Counted from the first letter of the stretch, positions 47,436 through 58,364 are shown. The stretch: DNA of 64,000 nt from Deltaproteobacteria bacterium (GCA_026991135.1 JALXCD010000055.1:5089-69088), one strand, 5' to 3'. The notes: a model not told the origin generated them from the letters alone. A program made the numbers and translations.

Positions 47436-48229
47436 TGGAGGCCATTCACCACCTTTTACCCATGGTTCGCTGGCAAGATGTCATTGACATCTTCCTTGTG
47501 GCCTTCATCATTTACAGGATTATGGTCCTCATAAGGGGCACCCGGGCTGTCCAGATGGCAGCAGGCCTTGGGGTTATCATTTTGACCTATTTTGTTGCAA
47601 AAAAGCTTGAATTCTATACCCTTCACTGGCTCCTTGGCACGGCCCTCAGCTCCCTTTTTCTATTAATTGTCATTGTATTTCAAGATGATATCAGAAGGGT
47701 CCTTACGCAATTTGGCCAACCCCCTTTTTTGCGTTACAAGGTAAAGACCTTTCATGCCCTTGAAGAGGTATCAAAGGCAGCCTCTGAGATGTCACAAAAC
47801 CGGATTGGCGCTTTGATTGTCCTTGAAAGGAGTATTGGCCTTAGCGAATATATAGAGACAGGCACAAAGATAGATGCAGAAGTGAGCAGGATACTTCTTT
47901 TAACAATATTTGCAAAGTGCACCCCCCTTCATGATGGAGCAGTGATTATAAGAGGTGGAAGACTAACTGCCGCTGGCTGTGTTTTACCCCTTACATCTAA
48001 TCCTGCCATAAGCAGAAGGCTTGGCACAAGACACAGGGCAGGAATAGGGGTTACAGAGCAAAATGATTCAGTAAGTGTAATAGTTTCAGAGGAGACAGGA
48101 AGTATTTCCGTTGCCATTGCTGGAAGGATTACCAGGGACCTTGATCCAGGGACCCTTAGGAGGGTATTACACAACAGCTTTGCCACAGATGAGCAAGATA
48201 AGGCCTGGTGGCGTTTCAGGTTGAAATAA
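47435..48229 (+). CDS. cdaA: Diadenylate cyclase CdaA (DisA_N domain, membrane-anchored)
   Basis: Three N-terminal helices, then GALIVLER, PLHDGAVII, LGTRHRAGIG, VSEETG. ATG overlaps the folP stop (TGATG). Confidence 0.9.
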   Translation: MEAIHHLLPMVRWQDVIDIFLVAFIIYRIMVLIRGTRAVQMAAGLGVIILTYFVAKKLEFYTLHWLLGTALSSLFLLIVIVFQDDIRRVLTQFGQPPFLRYKVKTFHALEEVSKAASEMSQNRIGALIVLERSIGLSEYIETGTKIDAEVSRILLLTIFAKCTPLHDGAVIIRGGRLTAAGCVLPLTSNPAISRRLGTRHRAGIGVTEQNDSVSVIVSEETGSISVAIAGRITRDLDPGTLRRVLHNSFATDEQDKAWWRFRLK

Positions 48230-49158
48230 TGAAGTGGAGAGACTTTTTTTTAAAAGATTGGCACCTTAAGCTTGTTTCCCTGGGATTTTCCATACTCCTC
48301 TGGTCCCTTGTGGTGGGGCAGGAGAAGGCCGAGATAGGACTTTCCATCCCCCTTGAGATAGTGAATCTACCTAATAATTTAGTGATTGCCAATGACATCC
48401 CATCCAGTATAGAGGTGAGGGTATTTGGTCCAAGGAGCATTATTAAGAATATTGCAGGGCAAAATCTCACCAAGGTCATCGATCTCAAGAATGCCAGTGT
48501 GGGGAAAATGGTAATACATTTTTCTACAGATGATTTTTCCCTTCCTGGAGGTGTAAAGGTTCTTAGAATCAAGCCAAGTATTGTAACCATTGATATCCAG
48601 CCCCTTTTGCGCAAGTCTGTGATTGTGAAACCTGTAATAGAAAATAAACCGGCGCCTGGTTACGAAATAGAACGAGTTGATGTGCAGCCAATTACGACAC
48701 AGATAAGTGGACCTGCAAATGTGGTAAAAAAGATAAAAAGGCTGGATCTTATGCCAGTGAGTGTAAAGGATATCAAAGAGACAATTACCGCAATAACTAC
48801 TCCAGATACACAAAAATATCGTATCAGTATTGAAGGTGCCTCAAAATTTAAGGTAACAATTCATATTAAGCCTAAACAAGGTGAAAGAAAAATTACCCAT
48901 GTTCCAATTAGGTTAATTCAGGGCGAACATTTGGTTAGTATCTGGCCCACTGAGGTAAGCGTTAGGCTTTGTGGAGAAGTACCTTCACTTAATAGCCTTA
49001 AGATAAAAGATATTAATGTAACCCTTGATGTAAGTGGGCTTAAACCTGGAAGCTATAAACTCGAACCAGATGTTTCAATACCATCAGTTTTTAAATGTTT
49101 AAAGGTTTCTCCTAAAAAAATAAGTGTTTGGGTAAAGAGAGGGAAAAGAAAAAAATGA
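48229..49158 (+). CDS. cdaR: CdaA regulator CdaR (YbbR-domain protein)
   Basis: N-terminal anchor followed by repeated YbbR-like beta units. Position between cdaA and glmM. ATG at 48229 overlaps the cdaA stop (TAATG). Confidence 0.8.
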   Translation: MKWRDFFLKDWHLKLVSLGFSILLWSLVVGQEKAEIGLSIPLEIVNLPNNLVIANDIPSSIEVRVFGPRSIIKNIAGQNLTKVIDLKNASVGKMVIHFSTDDFSLPGGVKVLRIKPSIVTIDIQPLLRKSVIVKPVIENKPAPGYEIERVDVQPITTQISGPANVVKKIKRLDLMPVSVKDIKETITAITTPDTQKYRISIEGASKFKVTIHIKPKQGERKITHVPIRLIQGEHLVSIWPTEVSVRLCGEVPSLNSLKIKDINVTLDVSGLKPGSYKLEPDVSIPSVFKCLKVSPKKISVWVKRGKRKK

Positions 49159-50507
49159 GAAGATTATTTGGTACAGATGGGGTTAGAGGGCTTGCAAACA
49201 CTTATCCAATGACCACAGATGTGGCTATGAGGCTGGGAAAGGCTGTGGCCTATATTTTTAAAAATGAAAGAAATAGAAATCCAAGGATATTGATTGGGAA
49301 AGACACTAGACTTTCTTGTTACATGCTCGAAAATGCCTTGGCAGCCGGTATCTGTTCAATGGGCGTGGATGTCCTTTTAGTGGGGCCAATGCCAACTCCG
49401 GCCATTGCTTTTTTGACAGAGAGCATGAGGGCAGATGCTGGAGTTGTAATCTCTGCCTCTCATAATCCCTTTCAGGATAATGGCATAAAAATATTCTCCC
49501 ATGACGGCTTTAAGCTTCCAGATAGGGTTGAGGAGCGCATTGAAGAACTTATGGAATCAAAAAGCCTTGAAAAGAACATGCCCACTGGAAAAGATGTGGG
49601 AAAGGCCTATAGGATAGATGATGCTAGAGGGCGCTACATAGTCTTTGCCAAACACACCTTTCCTAAAGAGCTTACTTTAGATGGTTTAAAGATAGTTTTG
49701 GACTGTGCCCATGGTGCCACCTACAAGGTTGCCCCTGCCGTTTTTGAAGAGCTTGGGGCAGAGGTTATAAAGATTGGTGTAGATCCTAATGGTACCAATA
49801 TCAATGAAAATTGTGGTGCCCTTTACCCAGAGCTCATGCAAGAGCTTGTAAAGACAAGCGGGGCAGATATGGGGATTGCCCTTGATGGGGACGGAGACAG
49901 GGTAATAGTTGTGGATGAAAAGGGCAATGTGGTTGATGGAGACCACATAATGGCTATTTGTGCCAAACAGATGATTGAGGATAAAAAACTCAATTACAAC
50001 ACAGTGGTTGCCACAGTTATGAGTAATATGGGTCTTGAAAAGGCCCTAGAAAAAATGGGAGGAAGACTTGTCCGTACTAAGGTTGGAGACAGATACGTAG
50101 TAGAGGCAATGAGAGAAAAGGGATACAATTTTGGTGGTGAACAATCAGGCCATCTTATCTTTATGGATCATATAACTACAGGAGATGGTATTCTGGCTGC
50201 ACTTCAACTTCTTTCTGTAATGCAAAGAACTAAAAGACCCTTATCTGAGCTCGCATCAATTATGGAATCCTATCCACAGGTCCTTTATAATGTGAGACTT
50301 TCTGAAAAAAAACCTATTGAAGAGATACCTGGTCTTTCGGAGGCACAAAAAAAATTTGAAAAGAAGCTTGATGGAAGAGGAAGAATACTCATAAGGGCAT
50401 CTGGCACCGAGCCCGTAATAAGGGTTATGGTTGAAGGAGAAGATGAAAAGAAAATAGATGAAATTGCAAAGGAGCTTTCCAGCATTATAGAAAAGAACGC
50501 TCAATAA
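49155..50507 (+). CDS. glmM: Phosphoglucosamine mutase
   Basis: LFGTDGVRG, phosphoserine loop [29 protein letters not shown] overlaps the cdaR stop (ATGA). Confidence 0.95.
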   Translation: MRRLFGTDGVRGLANTYPMTTDVAMRLGKAVAYIFKNERNRNPRILIGKDTRLSCYMLENALAAGICSMGVDVLLVGPMPTPAIAFLTESMRADAGVVISASHNPFQDNGIKIFSHDGFKLPDRVEERIEELMESKSLEKNMPTGKDVGKAYRIDDARGRYIVFAKHTFPKELTLDGLKIVLDCAHGATYKVAPAVFEELGAEVIKIGVDPNGTNINENCGALYPELMQELVKTSGADMGIALDGDGDRVIVVDEKGNVVDGDHIMAICAKQMIEDKKLNYNTVVATVMSNMGLEKALEKMGGRLVRTKVGDRYVVEAMREKGYNFGGEQSGHLIFMDHITTGDGILAALQLLSVMQRTKRPLSELASIMESYPQVLYNVRLSEKKPIEEIPGLSEAQKKFEKKLDGRGRILIRASGTEPVIRVMVEGEDEKKIDEIAKELSSIIEKNAQ

Positions 50508-51219
50508 CCACCATGACCCGCTGGTGATTAAGAAGAGGAAGGCGTTCCTCAAAAGACTTTAATCTAAAGGACCCAAAAGTTATCTCTTTATCCTTTAACT
50601 CTTCTTTAAAAGAAGGTCCTTTTAATGTAAGTATAATGCCCTTTTCTGAAAGTAATGGTTTAGAAAGTTCAAAGAGCCATTGGATGCTTCCTGTTGCCTG
50701 GGAAGTAATGACATCAAGGCCTTTTTGGGGCATCTTTGGAAAACCCTTTCCATTAATCCTTTTATTAATTACATGAACATCTTTAAGTCCCAGGGTTGCT
50801 ATTACAAATTCCAAGAATGAACACTTTTTTTTGACTGCCTCGGCTAGAAAGACTTCCAGCTCAGGCCTTAAAATCTTTAGCAAAAGCCCTGGAACCCCTG
50901 CTCCTGTTCCTAAATCCAGCAAAGATGACAGATTTTTAGGAAGATATTTTTCAAAAAGGAGGGTATCTCCAAGGTGTTTTAGTACAAGCTTTTCTATATC
51001 CCTTATGCCAGTGAGATTGATCTTTTCATTCCATCTTGAAAGTTCTAGAAAGTAGCGATCAAGATGGCCCTTTTTTTCCTGGGATATGTCCCTTTTAAAG
51101 GCTTTAAGGACTTTTTCAATGTGTTCATGCAACTTCTGGGATTTGATCCTCGTCTGCAAGGTTTCCAAAGGTGGAGTACTTTCCAACAAAGGCCAAGAGG
51201 ACGGTTCCTGTTGGGCCAT
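50485..51219 (-). CDS. rsmG: 16S rRNA (guanine527-N7)-methyltransferase RsmG
   Basis: [25 protein letters not shown]. The listed start overlaps dnaB by 95 nt, so the true start is probably further in (for example the TTG at the dnaB stop). The 3' end overlaps glmM by 23 nt, convergently. Confidence 0.8.
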   Translation of the reverse strand: MAQQEPSSWPLLESTPPLETLQTRIKSQKLHEHIEKVLKAFKRDISQEKKGHLDRYFLELSRWNEKINLTGIRDIEKLVLKHLGDTLLFEKYLPKNLSSLLDLGTGAGVPGLLLKILRPELEVFLAEAVKKKCSFLEFVIATLGLKDVHVINKRINGKGFPKMPQKGLDVITSQATGSIQWLFELSKPLLSEKGIILTLKGPSFKEELKDKEITFGSFRLKSFEERLPLLNHQRVMVVIERSFL

Positions 51220-52501
51220 TTCTTTGCTTGGCTACTATTATTTCTGCCTTTCCTCGCCTTGGATTGTTCTCGTCCCTATTATAGACTTCATCCCGATAGA
51301 TAAATGCAATTACATCAGCGTCCTGCTCGATTGCCCCTGACTCCCTTAAATCTGACATCTGCGGACGCTTGTTGGGTCTGTCTTCAACCTTTCTGTTTAA
51401 CTGGGAAAGGGCAATTACCGGCACATTCAACTCCTTAGCCATAGCCTTTAGAGACCTGGAAATCTCAGATATCTCCTGCTCTCTCCTTTCTGCATTCTTT
51501 CCCTGCATGAGCTGGAGATAGTCAACAATTACAAGGCCAATATTCTGGTCGCTTTTAAGACGTCTTGCCTTTGCACGCATTTCAAGGACGCTGAGTGCAG
51601 GGGTGTCATCAATGAAAAGCGGAGCTTCTGAAAGATTTCCAGCCGCAGTTATGAGCCGTGGCCAGTCTTCTTTGCTTAAAAAACCTGTCCTTACCTTGTT
51701 TGAATCAACCATTGCCTCAGAGCAAAGCATCCTGAGGGCCAGTTGTTCCTTAGACATTTCCAGGGAGAATATGGCAGTGGGAATTCCATTATCAACCGCC
51801 GCATGCTGTGCAATATTAAGGGCAAATGCGGTTTTTCCCATGGAGGGCCTACCAGCAATAATTATAAGGTCAGATGGTTGAAAACCGGCGGTTAGCTTGT
51901 CAAGCTCTGTGAAGCCAGAGGGCACGCCCGTAATAAGCTCCTTTTTTTCATAAAGGTCCTGGACCTTTTTTATGCTGTCCTTGAGGATATCATTAATTTT
52001 ATGAAAGGACTGTTTTATCTTTGCCTGAGAGACCTCAAAAATGGCGCTTTCTGCGTATTCCAAGATGTCATCTACATCTTGGGCCTCTTCATAGCAAAGG
52101 GAAGCAATGTCAGAGGATTTTTCAATAAGGTGTCTTAGAATTGCTTTATCCCTTACGAGTCTTGCATAATATTCAATATTTGAGGCAACCGGGACGGTTT
52201 CCGTAAGCTCTGCAAGGTAAAGGGCGCCTCCCACCTTTTCAAGCTGCCCACTTCTTTTCAGTTCATTGTGGACAGTGACAATATCTTGGGGCTCATTTCT
52301 GTCAAAAAGGTTTAAAATGGCCGAATAAATAATACCATGGGCCTCTTTATAGAAATCCTCAGGTCTCAGAATTTCGATGACCTTTAAAAGGGCCCCTGCT
52401 TCAATAAGTATCCCACCAAGGACACATTGTTCTGCCTCCACATTTTGCGGAGGCAGTTTAAATTCGTCTCTTTTAAGTCTTTTTATACTAAGTGGTTTCA
52501 C
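51125..52501 (-). CDS. dnaB: Replicative DNA helicase DnaB
   Basis: PPQNVEAEQCVLGGIL, GRPSMGKTAFALN, VIVDYLQLM, SQLNR. GTG start. Confidence 0.95.
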   Translation of the reverse strand: MKPLSIKRLKRDEFKLPPQNVEAEQCVLGGILIEAGALLKVIEILRPEDFYKEAHGIIYSAILNLFDRNEPQDIVTVHNELKRSGQLEKVGGALYLAELTETVPVASNIEYYARLVRDKAILRHLIEKSSDIASLCYEEAQDVDDILEYAESAIFEVSQAKIKQSFHKINDILKDSIKKVQDLYEKKELITGVPSGFTELDKLTAGFQPSDLIIIAGRPSMGKTAFALNIAQHAAVDNGIPTAIFSLEMSKEQLALRMLCSEAMVDSNKVRTGFLSKEDWPRLITAAGNLSEAPLFIDDTPALSVLEMRAKARRLKSDQNIGLVIVDYLQLMQGKNAERREQEISEISRSLKAMAKELNVPVIALSQLNRKVEDRPNKRPQMSDLRESGAIEQDADVIAFIYRDEVYNRDENNPRRGKAEIIVAKQRNGPTGTVLLAFVGKYSTFGNLADEDQIPEVA

Positions 52502-52509
52502 TTTTAATT

Positions 52510-52953
52510 TTAACCTGCAACCACCTTGACATTTACTGTTGCCGTCACATCTGGACTAAGTTTTATTGGTATTTCATACTCACCAAGGGCCTTAATGGGT
52601 TCAGGCAGCACAATCTTTTTCCTGTCAACGGTGTAGCCCTTTTCTTCAATGGCTTTGGCAATATCCATTGATGTAACAGAACCGTACAGTTTTTCTTCTT
52701 CACCAACCTTTACAGGAATTTCAATATCAAGCTTTGATAGTTGTTCTGAAAGGGCCTCAAATTCCTGTTTAATCTTTGCAGCCTTTTCCAATATTGCAGC
52801 CCTTTGTTTTTCAAGCTGGACAACATTTTTCCTGTTGGCAATCATGGCAAGACCTTTAGGAATTAGGTAATTCCTTGCATACCCGTCTGCCACCTTTACG
52901 ATATCACCAGCCTTGCCAAGGCTTTCAATACTCTCATTTAAAATTACTTCCAT
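52510..52953 (-). CDS. rplI: 50S ribosomal protein L9
   Basis: MEVILNESIESLGKAGDIVKVADGYARNYLIPKGLA. Confidence 0.95.
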   Translation of the reverse strand: MEVILNESIESLGKAGDIVKVADGYARNYLIPKGLAMIANRKNVVQLEKQRAAILEKAAKIKQEFEALSEQLSKLDIEIPVKVGEEEKLYGSVTSMDIAKAIEEKGYTVDRKKIVLPEPIKALGEYEIPIKLSPDVTATVNVKVVAG

Positions 52954-52976
52954 GACTAGGAACCTCCAAATATGCT

Positions 52977-53945
52977 TTACTTATTTTTCATTTTAAGGAT
53001 TTTTGTCCTGATATGGAACCAGTTATCCATGAGACCTAAAAATACCAAAAATAATAGGCCATACCATTGTATTCCCAAAAGTAAGTATACTAGAAGCCTT
53101 GCAAAAAAAGGAGTCTCAAAAGTAATAAAAAAGAATTTTAATATAGAAAAGCCCTGAATCAAATAAAAAATACAAACGATTACAATTCCATTTTTACCTA
53201 TGGATTCGTATGGTGACTGATTTATAAGGGCCATGAAACCAAAAATGATAAAGGCCCAGACAAGAATTTCAGGCATTTGCCATTCCTGGAATTTAGGGCC
53301 AATAAGCAACTTGCCAAGCTTTGCTTTTGTAAACTTATTAAAGCTTAGTATATTAAAAAAACTTGTAAAAATAAGATAACCTCCAAGAATGGAAGGGAAA
53401 TAGGTTGAAAGGGTATTTCTCATGGCGGCAATTACCTGATTTAGCTGGGGGGATATATTTTCACTAGAATTTTCCATATAAAGCTTTATTCCTTTGTCAA
53501 ATTCACTGAGCATTGCATTTAGCGTTTGATCATAAATGGCTGCAATTTCTCCGCCAGTAAGCCCAACAACCATTGCCAGCTCCATTATCGTAAGCCCAAG
53601 GAATGTTGTCAGAAGGGCCTTTGGAGCGGAAATCTTTCTTTCTTTGGAAATAAGTAATATTCCGGCTATTACAATGCCTTGGGAAAGTATCATAGGAACA
53701 AAGGCAAATCCAAAAGTAGCTCCAAGTATTCCTGCAAGGACAAATACAGCAAAAAGGAAAATGAGAGAAGAACCTAATTCAAATCCTGCAAGAAAGGATG
53801 CAGCAATCCCTGGTAAAAAGAACTGAAGAAAAGATGATAATTCTAGGAAAAAGGCAGGAAAAACGAGAAAAAGGGCAGAAAAAGTGGCCCCTTTGATAAA
53901 GGCATCCTGCCCTTTTCCCTCCCTTTGTCTTTGAAAGAGGTTCAC
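52977..53945 (-). CDS. DUF2232 (YybS-like) polytopic membrane protein
   Basis: 322 aa and almost entirely hydrophobic helices. Sits between rpsR and rplI, where Firmicutes carry yybS. Confidence 0.55.
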   Translation of the reverse strand: MNLFQRQREGKGQDAFIKGATFSALFLVFPAFFLELSSFLQFFLPGIAASFLAGFELGSSLIFLFAVFVLAGILGATFGFAFVPMILSQGIVIAGILLISKERKISAPKALLTTFLGLTIMELAMVVGLTGGEIAAIYDQTLNAMLSEFDKGIKLYMENSSENISPQLNQVIAAMRNTLSTYFPSILGGYLIFTSFFNILSFNKFTKAKLGKLLIGPKFQEWQMPEILVWAFIIFGFMALINQSPYESIGKNGIVIVCIFYLIQGFSILKFFFITFETPFFARLLVYLLLGIQWYGLLFLVFLGLMDNWFHIRTKILKMKNK

Positions 53946-53956
53946 ATCACCTTAAA

Positions 53957-54262
53957 CTACTCAAGAGCATGACCTGAAGTAAATGGCATAAGCGCCATTA
54001 TCCTTGCTTTTTTTATGGCATTGGTAAGCCTTCTTTGGTGTTTTGCACAAGTTCCGGTCACTCTCCTTGGCAGGATCTTTCCTCTTTCTGTTACAAAATT
54101 TTTTAAGAGTTCTGGATTCTTATAATCTGCTACAAGGCTTTTGTCTGCACAAAATCTGCAAACCTTCCTTCTTACATAGATTCTACGGCGTTTATATCTC
54201 TGTTGCTGCTGGGGATTGGGTCTCTGTGGCTGGGTTTGTTGTTGTCCTTGCTGTTGTTGCAT
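53957..54262 (-). CDS. rpsR: 30S ribosomal protein S18 with Gln-rich N-terminal extension
   Basis: CRFCADK ... [45 protein letters not shown], preceded by [21 protein letters not shown]. Confidence 0.93.
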   Translation of the reverse strand: MQQQQGQQQTQPQRPNPQQQQRYKRRRIYVRRKVCRFCADKSLVADYKNPELLKNFVTERGKILPRRVTGTCAKHQRRLTNAIKKARIMALMPFTSGHALE

Positions 54263-54661
54263 TTAAGCCTCCTGTCCTTCCTGCTCTTCTTCAGTCGTTT
54301 GTAAAGCTTCTTTTGAAGCTCCAGACTCTTTTTTATCAAAGTCCTTGGACGCACTTTCAAAATCAAATTCGTCATCCAGCTTGGTGGTTATAAATTTCAT
54401 AACCCTTTCATCAAGTCTGAAATTTCTAGTAAGTTCTTGAATAGTCTGGCCAGGAGCGCCATAATTCATCACTACATAATAGCCCTGGGTCTTTTTTTGG
54501 ACTTTATAGGCCAATTTTCTTAAAGGCCACTTATCAATATTTACAATCTGGCCTTTGTCTTCAGTAATGATGTTGGAAAATTTTTGGATGGCGTCTTCTC
54601 TATCCTCTTCGTTAAGGTCAGGATCGAGGAGAAACATCGTCTCATAATAGCGTAGTTTCAT
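54263..54661 (-). CDS. rpsF: 30S ribosomal protein S6
   Basis: MKLRYYETMFLLDPDL, WPLRKLAYKV, acidic C-terminal tail. The stop directly abuts the rpsR ATG (TAAATG). Confidence 0.93.
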   Translation of the reverse strand: MKLRYYETMFLLDPDLNEEDREDAIQKFSNIITEDKGQIVNIDKWPLRKLAYKVQKKTQGYYVVMNYGAPGQTIQELTRNFRLDERVMKFITTKLDDEFDFESASKDFDKKESGASKEALQTTEEEQEGQEA

Positions 54662-54838
54662 ATTTCAGCCCCCTTTCGGTCTTTTTTCTGGCCCTTAAAA
54701 AGGGCAAGGAGGAAATTGAATATGGCTTTTAAATCGAAATAAGAGAAAAAGTCAAGACAAAAACTCCAATGAATTCTTGAAACCTCAATTTTTTTTAGAC
54801 TGATACATTAAAAAATAGATGAATCAAAGGTACTGGCC

Positions 54839-54867
54839 TTGCACCTAATTTTATCCATACCTATTGT
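54839..54867 (+). promoter_or_regulatory. Candidate sigma70-type promoter for hsp20-lon
   Basis: TTGCAC (54839-54844), 17-nt spacer, TATTGT (54862-54867), about 88 nt upstream of the hsp20 ATG. Confidence 0.25.
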
Positions 54868-54954
54868 AACAAAATAAAAAATGTCTCCAAATTGTATTTT
54901 GTATAACATCTTTTGATGTAATTATGAGGCCATCAAGGAAAGGGTTTTTGTCTT

Positions 54955-55383
54955 ATGCCAGTTATAAAAATTGGAATTTCAAAGGAACTTGATCAACTTC
55001 GCAAAGAATTTGAGGAAGTAATGGATGAGCTTTTCAGGGTGCCTTTTGGTTCTAGAACCATGGGCTGGATGCCTGCCATAGATATCTATGAGGATACCAC
55101 GCATATTTACATAGTGGCAGATCTTGCAGGAGTTGATTCAAACTCCCTAGAGCTTCTTCTTGAAGGTCAATACCTACGAGTTTCTGGTAACAGACGACCA
55201 CCAATTACCATAAGAAAGAAGAGATTTTTTCAGATGGAAGTGGAATATGGCCCCTTTGAAAGAGTAATAAGGATTCCTCTACCAATTGATAAAAGCGAGA
55301 TTAAGGCAAAGATGGAAAATGGCCTGTTGCTGGTTCAATTTTTAAAAAAAGAGGGCAGCAAAGTTTCCATTAGCGTTAAGTAG
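54955..55383 (+). CDS. Hsp20/alpha-crystallin family small heat-shock protein
   Basis: WMPAIDIYEDTTHIYIVADLAGV, GPFERVIRIP, ENGLLLV. Confidence 0.9.
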   Translation: MPVIKIGISKELDQLRKEFEEVMDELFRVPFGSRTMGWMPAIDIYEDTTHIYIVADLAGVDSNSLELLLEGQYLRVSGNRRPPITIRKKRFFQMEVEYGPFERVIRIPLPIDKSEIKAKMENGLLLVQFLKKEGSKVSISVK

Positions 55384-55389
55384 CACACA

Positions 55390-57828
55390 ATGAGCAAAGA
55401 GGTGACCATGAACGAAATAAAGGAACTAAATGAAATATTGATAGAAAAAGGAAATAAGGAACAGGTAGAAAAGCAAAATACCATAAGGGAACTACCTGTT
55501 CTTCCTAGCAAAGATGTAGTTCTTTTCCCTCATATGGTTGTCCCCTGGATAGTAGAGCCACCAAATCTTGTAAGGATGATAGATGACGCCCTGGCCACTG
55601 ACAGGACAATTGCAGTTGTCTCTGTGGATGGTCCTGTTGAGTCAGATGAAGATATACCTGTAAAGCTCCACAAGATGGGGACAATGGGACTTATTTTAAG
55701 GATGGCCAAGAATGAACAAGGTCATGCGCGCCTTGTGGTTCAAGGAATTACCAGGGTGAGAATAAAGGAGATAACAGCCACAAAGCCCTACATAAAGGCA
55801 AAGGTAGAGTCCGTCCAGGACAAGGTAGCTAAAGGAATGGCCCTTGAGGCCATGGTGGTGAATATCAGACAAGCCTTTTCCAAGGTCCTAGATCTTTCGC
55901 CAAATCTGCCCGGGGAGCTCAGGTCAATCATAATGAGTATAGAGGATCCTGGAGTTTTGGCAGATGTAGTAATAAGTCATCTTAATGTCTCAAGTGCCCA
56001 AAAACAGGAGATCCTTGATGAGCTTGACGTGATGAAAAGGCTTAAAAAGGCCCTTCGTATCCTTTCTGAGCAGATAGAGATACTTGAGCTTGGGCACAAG
56101 ATCCAGTCCCAGGTAAGGGATCAGGTGGATAAGAGTCAAAGGGAATACTTTTTAAGGGAGCAGCTCAAGGCCATAAAGAAGGAGCTGGGGGAGTCTGAAG
56201 AGGAATCAAATGAAGTAGAAGAGTTAAGGGAAAAGCTCAAGGCCAAGGAACTTCCTGAAGAGGCCAGAAAGGAGGCGGAAAGGGAGCTTGAAAGGCTTTC
56301 TAAGATGCATCCATCTTCTTCTGAATACACGGTTGCTAGGACCTATCTTGACTGGATCCTTGAGCTTCCCTGGAATGAATCCACCGAGGACATCCTAGAC
56401 CTTGAAAGAGCAGAAAAGATATTGAATGAGGATCACTACGACCTTGAAAAGATAAAAAGGCGTATAGTCGAATTTTTGGCAGTAAGAAAGCTTAAGCCCG
56501 ATGCCAAGGGTTCCATACTTTGTTTTGTAGGCCCTCCGGGCACGGGAAAGACCTCCCTTGGAAGGAGCATTGCCAGGGCAATTGGAAGGAAGTTTCATCG
56601 TATTGCCCTTGGTGGTGTAAGGGATGAGGCCGAGATAAGGGGGCACAGGCGCACCTATATTGGCGCCATGCCAGGAAGAATCATCCAGGGTCTTAGAAAG
56701 GTCGGGGTCAATAACCCTGTGATGATGCTTGATGAGATAGACAAACTCGGAACGGATTTTAGGGGAGATCCGGCCTCTGCCCTTTTGGAGGTCCTGGACC
56801 CTGAGCAGAATTCAAGGTTCACTGACCACTATCTGGGGGTGGAATTTGACCTTTCTAAGATAATATTCATTGCAACAGCCAATGTCCTTGAAACCATTCC
56901 AGCCCCGCTTCTTGATAGGATGGAGGTCCTTGAGCTTTCGGGCTACACCCTTGAAGACAAGATAATGATTGCCAAAAAATACCTTATTCCAAGGCAGTTA
57001 GAGGCCCACGGGCTTACCAAAAAACAGCTAAGTATAGAAAAAAGGGCCCTTGTGAGGATCATTTCCGAATATACCAGGGAGGCAGGTGTAAGGAATCTTG
57101 AAAGGCAGATAGGTTCAATTTGCAGAGCAGTTGCCAAAAAGGTGGCTACTGGCCATGAGGGAAAGATCGTGGTCAAGGTCAGGAATCTGGAGGAATACCT
57201 TGGAAAACCCCGGTATTACCCTGAAGTTGCCGAAAGGACCTCTGTCCCTGGGGTGGCCACCGGCCTTGCATGGACGCCAACAGGAGGAGACATCCTCTTC
57301 ATAGAGGCAACCAGGATGCCCGGAAGCGGAAAGCTCACCCTCACAGGTCAGCTTGGGGACGTTATGAAGGAATCTGCCCAAACGGCACTAAGCTATGTGA
57401 AGTCCAAGGCATGTCAGCTTGGAATCCCTGAGGAGCTTTTTAAGACAGAGGATGTCCATGTCCATGTTCCGGCAGGTGCAATTCCAAAGGATGGTCCTTC
57501 TGCAGGAATAACCATTGCCGTGGCCCTGGTCTCCCTTTTTCAGGAAAAATCCGTAAGGCCGGATATTGCCATGACAGGCGAGATAACCCTAAGAGGGCTT
57601 GTGCTTCCGGTGGGAGGCATAAAGGAAAAGGTCCTTGCAGCCCATAGGGCAGGGATCAAGGAAATCATTCTTCCAAAGAGAAATGCCGTTGACCTTGACG
57701 AGCTTCCAAAGGAGATAAGGGATCAGCTTAAATTTCATCTTGTATCCCGGGTGGACGAGGTAATAAGGATTGCATTTAGAAAAAGACGGAAAAAGGCCCA
57801 GAAAAGGGCGGCAAGGTGTGCTGCCTAA
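55390..57828 (+). CDS. lon: ATP-dependent protease Lon (LonA)
   Basis: LON N-domain ([16 protein letters not shown]), [16 protein letters not shown], protease serine PKDGPSAG. Confidence 0.97.
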   Translation: MSKEVTMNEIKELNEILIEKGNKEQVEKQNTIRELPVLPSKDVVLFPHMVVPWIVEPPNLVRMIDDALATDRTIAVVSVDGPVESDEDIPVKLHKMGTMGLILRMAKNEQGHARLVVQGITRVRIKEITATKPYIKAKVESVQDKVAKGMALEAMVVNIRQAFSKVLDLSPNLPGELRSIIMSIEDPGVLADVVISHLNVSSAQKQEILDELDVMKRLKKALRILSEQIEILELGHKIQSQVRDQVDKSQREYFLREQLKAIKKELGESEEESNEVEELREKLKAKELPEEARKEAERELERLSKMHPSSSEYTVARTYLDWILELPWNESTEDILDLERAEKILNEDHYDLEKIKRRIVEFLAVRKLKPDAKGSILCFVGPPGTGKTSLGRSIARAIGRKFHRIALGGVRDEAEIRGHRRTYIGAMPGRIIQGLRKVGVNNPVMMLDEIDKLGTDFRGDPASALLEVLDPEQNSRFTDHYLGVEFDLSKIIFIATANVLETIPAPLLDRMEVLELSGYTLEDKIMIAKKYLIPRQLEAHGLTKKQLSIEKRALVRIISEYTREAGVRNLERQIGSICRAVAKKVATGHEGKIVVKVRNLEEYLGKPRYYPEVAERTSVPGVATGLAWTPTGGDILFIEATRMPGSGKLTLTGQLGDVMKESAQTALSYVKSKACQLGIPEELFKTEDVHVHVPAGAIPKDGPSAGITIAVALVSLFQEKSVRPDIAMTGEITLRGLVLPVGGIKEKVLAAHRAGIKEIILPKRNAVDLDELPKEIRDQLKFHLVSRVDEVIRIAFRKRRKKAQKRAARCAA

Positions 57829-57851
57829 ACAGTATAAAAGGAGGTGACTTA

Positions 57852-58364
57852 ATGGAGCCAAAAAGGATTTTATTCCTGGTAGAAGACGGCTTTGAAGACA
57901 GCGAGCTCTTATGCCCAAGATACAGGTTTCAGGAAGAGGGCTATTTTGTGGATATCGGCGCGCCTGACTGGGGTGAAAAAAGGGGTAAGCACGGCTACAG
58001 CATCTCGGCAAATCTGACCCTTGACGAGATAGAGGTAGATGCCTTTGATGCACTCTTCATTCCCGGTGGCAAGGCGCCTGAAAGGCTCATGAAGCATGAA
58101 AAGGCCCTTTTGATTGTAAAGGGCTTTTATGAAAAGAAAAGGCCCATATTTGCCATCTGCCACGGCCCTCTTCTTTTGGCAGAGGCAGGGATCTTAAAGG
58201 GTAAAAGGGCAACCTGTTACCACAAGGTTGCTGAAATGCTTGAAGAAAGGGGCGTCATTTATGAAAATGAGCCAGTAGTACAGGATGGAAATATCATAAC
58301 CTCAAGGGAGCCAGGAGACATCCCTCAATTCATGAAGGCAGTCATAGGGTTTCTTGGCTCATAA
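57852..58364 (+). CDS. DJ-1/PfpI family protein
   Basis: FDALFIPGG, nucleophile elbow AICHGP. ATG preceded by AAAGGAGGTGA. The longer ORF start at 57816 overlaps lon. Confidence 0.85.
   Translation: MEPKRILFLVEDGFEDSELLCPRYRFQEEGYFVDIGAPDWGEKRGKHGYSISANLTLDEIEVDAFDALFIPGGKAPERLMKHEKALLIVKGFYEKKRPIFAICHGPLLLAEAGILKGKRATCYHKVAEMLEERGVIYENEPVVQDGNIITSREPGDIPQFMKAVIGFLGS

Noticed and set aside
54707-54743. Mini-ORF MAFKSK* (54723-54743, plus strand) preceded by AAGGAGG
   Set aside because: At six codons it cannot be evaluated from a single sequence. The apparent SD is the complement of sequence just upstream of the rpsF leader hairpin. I treat it as coincidence unless conserved.
54771-54800. 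CTTGAAA hexamer (54776-54782) as a sigma32 -35 box for hsp20-lon
   Set aside because: No CCCCAT-like -10 lies 13-15 nt downstream. The site is about 175 nt from the start codon.
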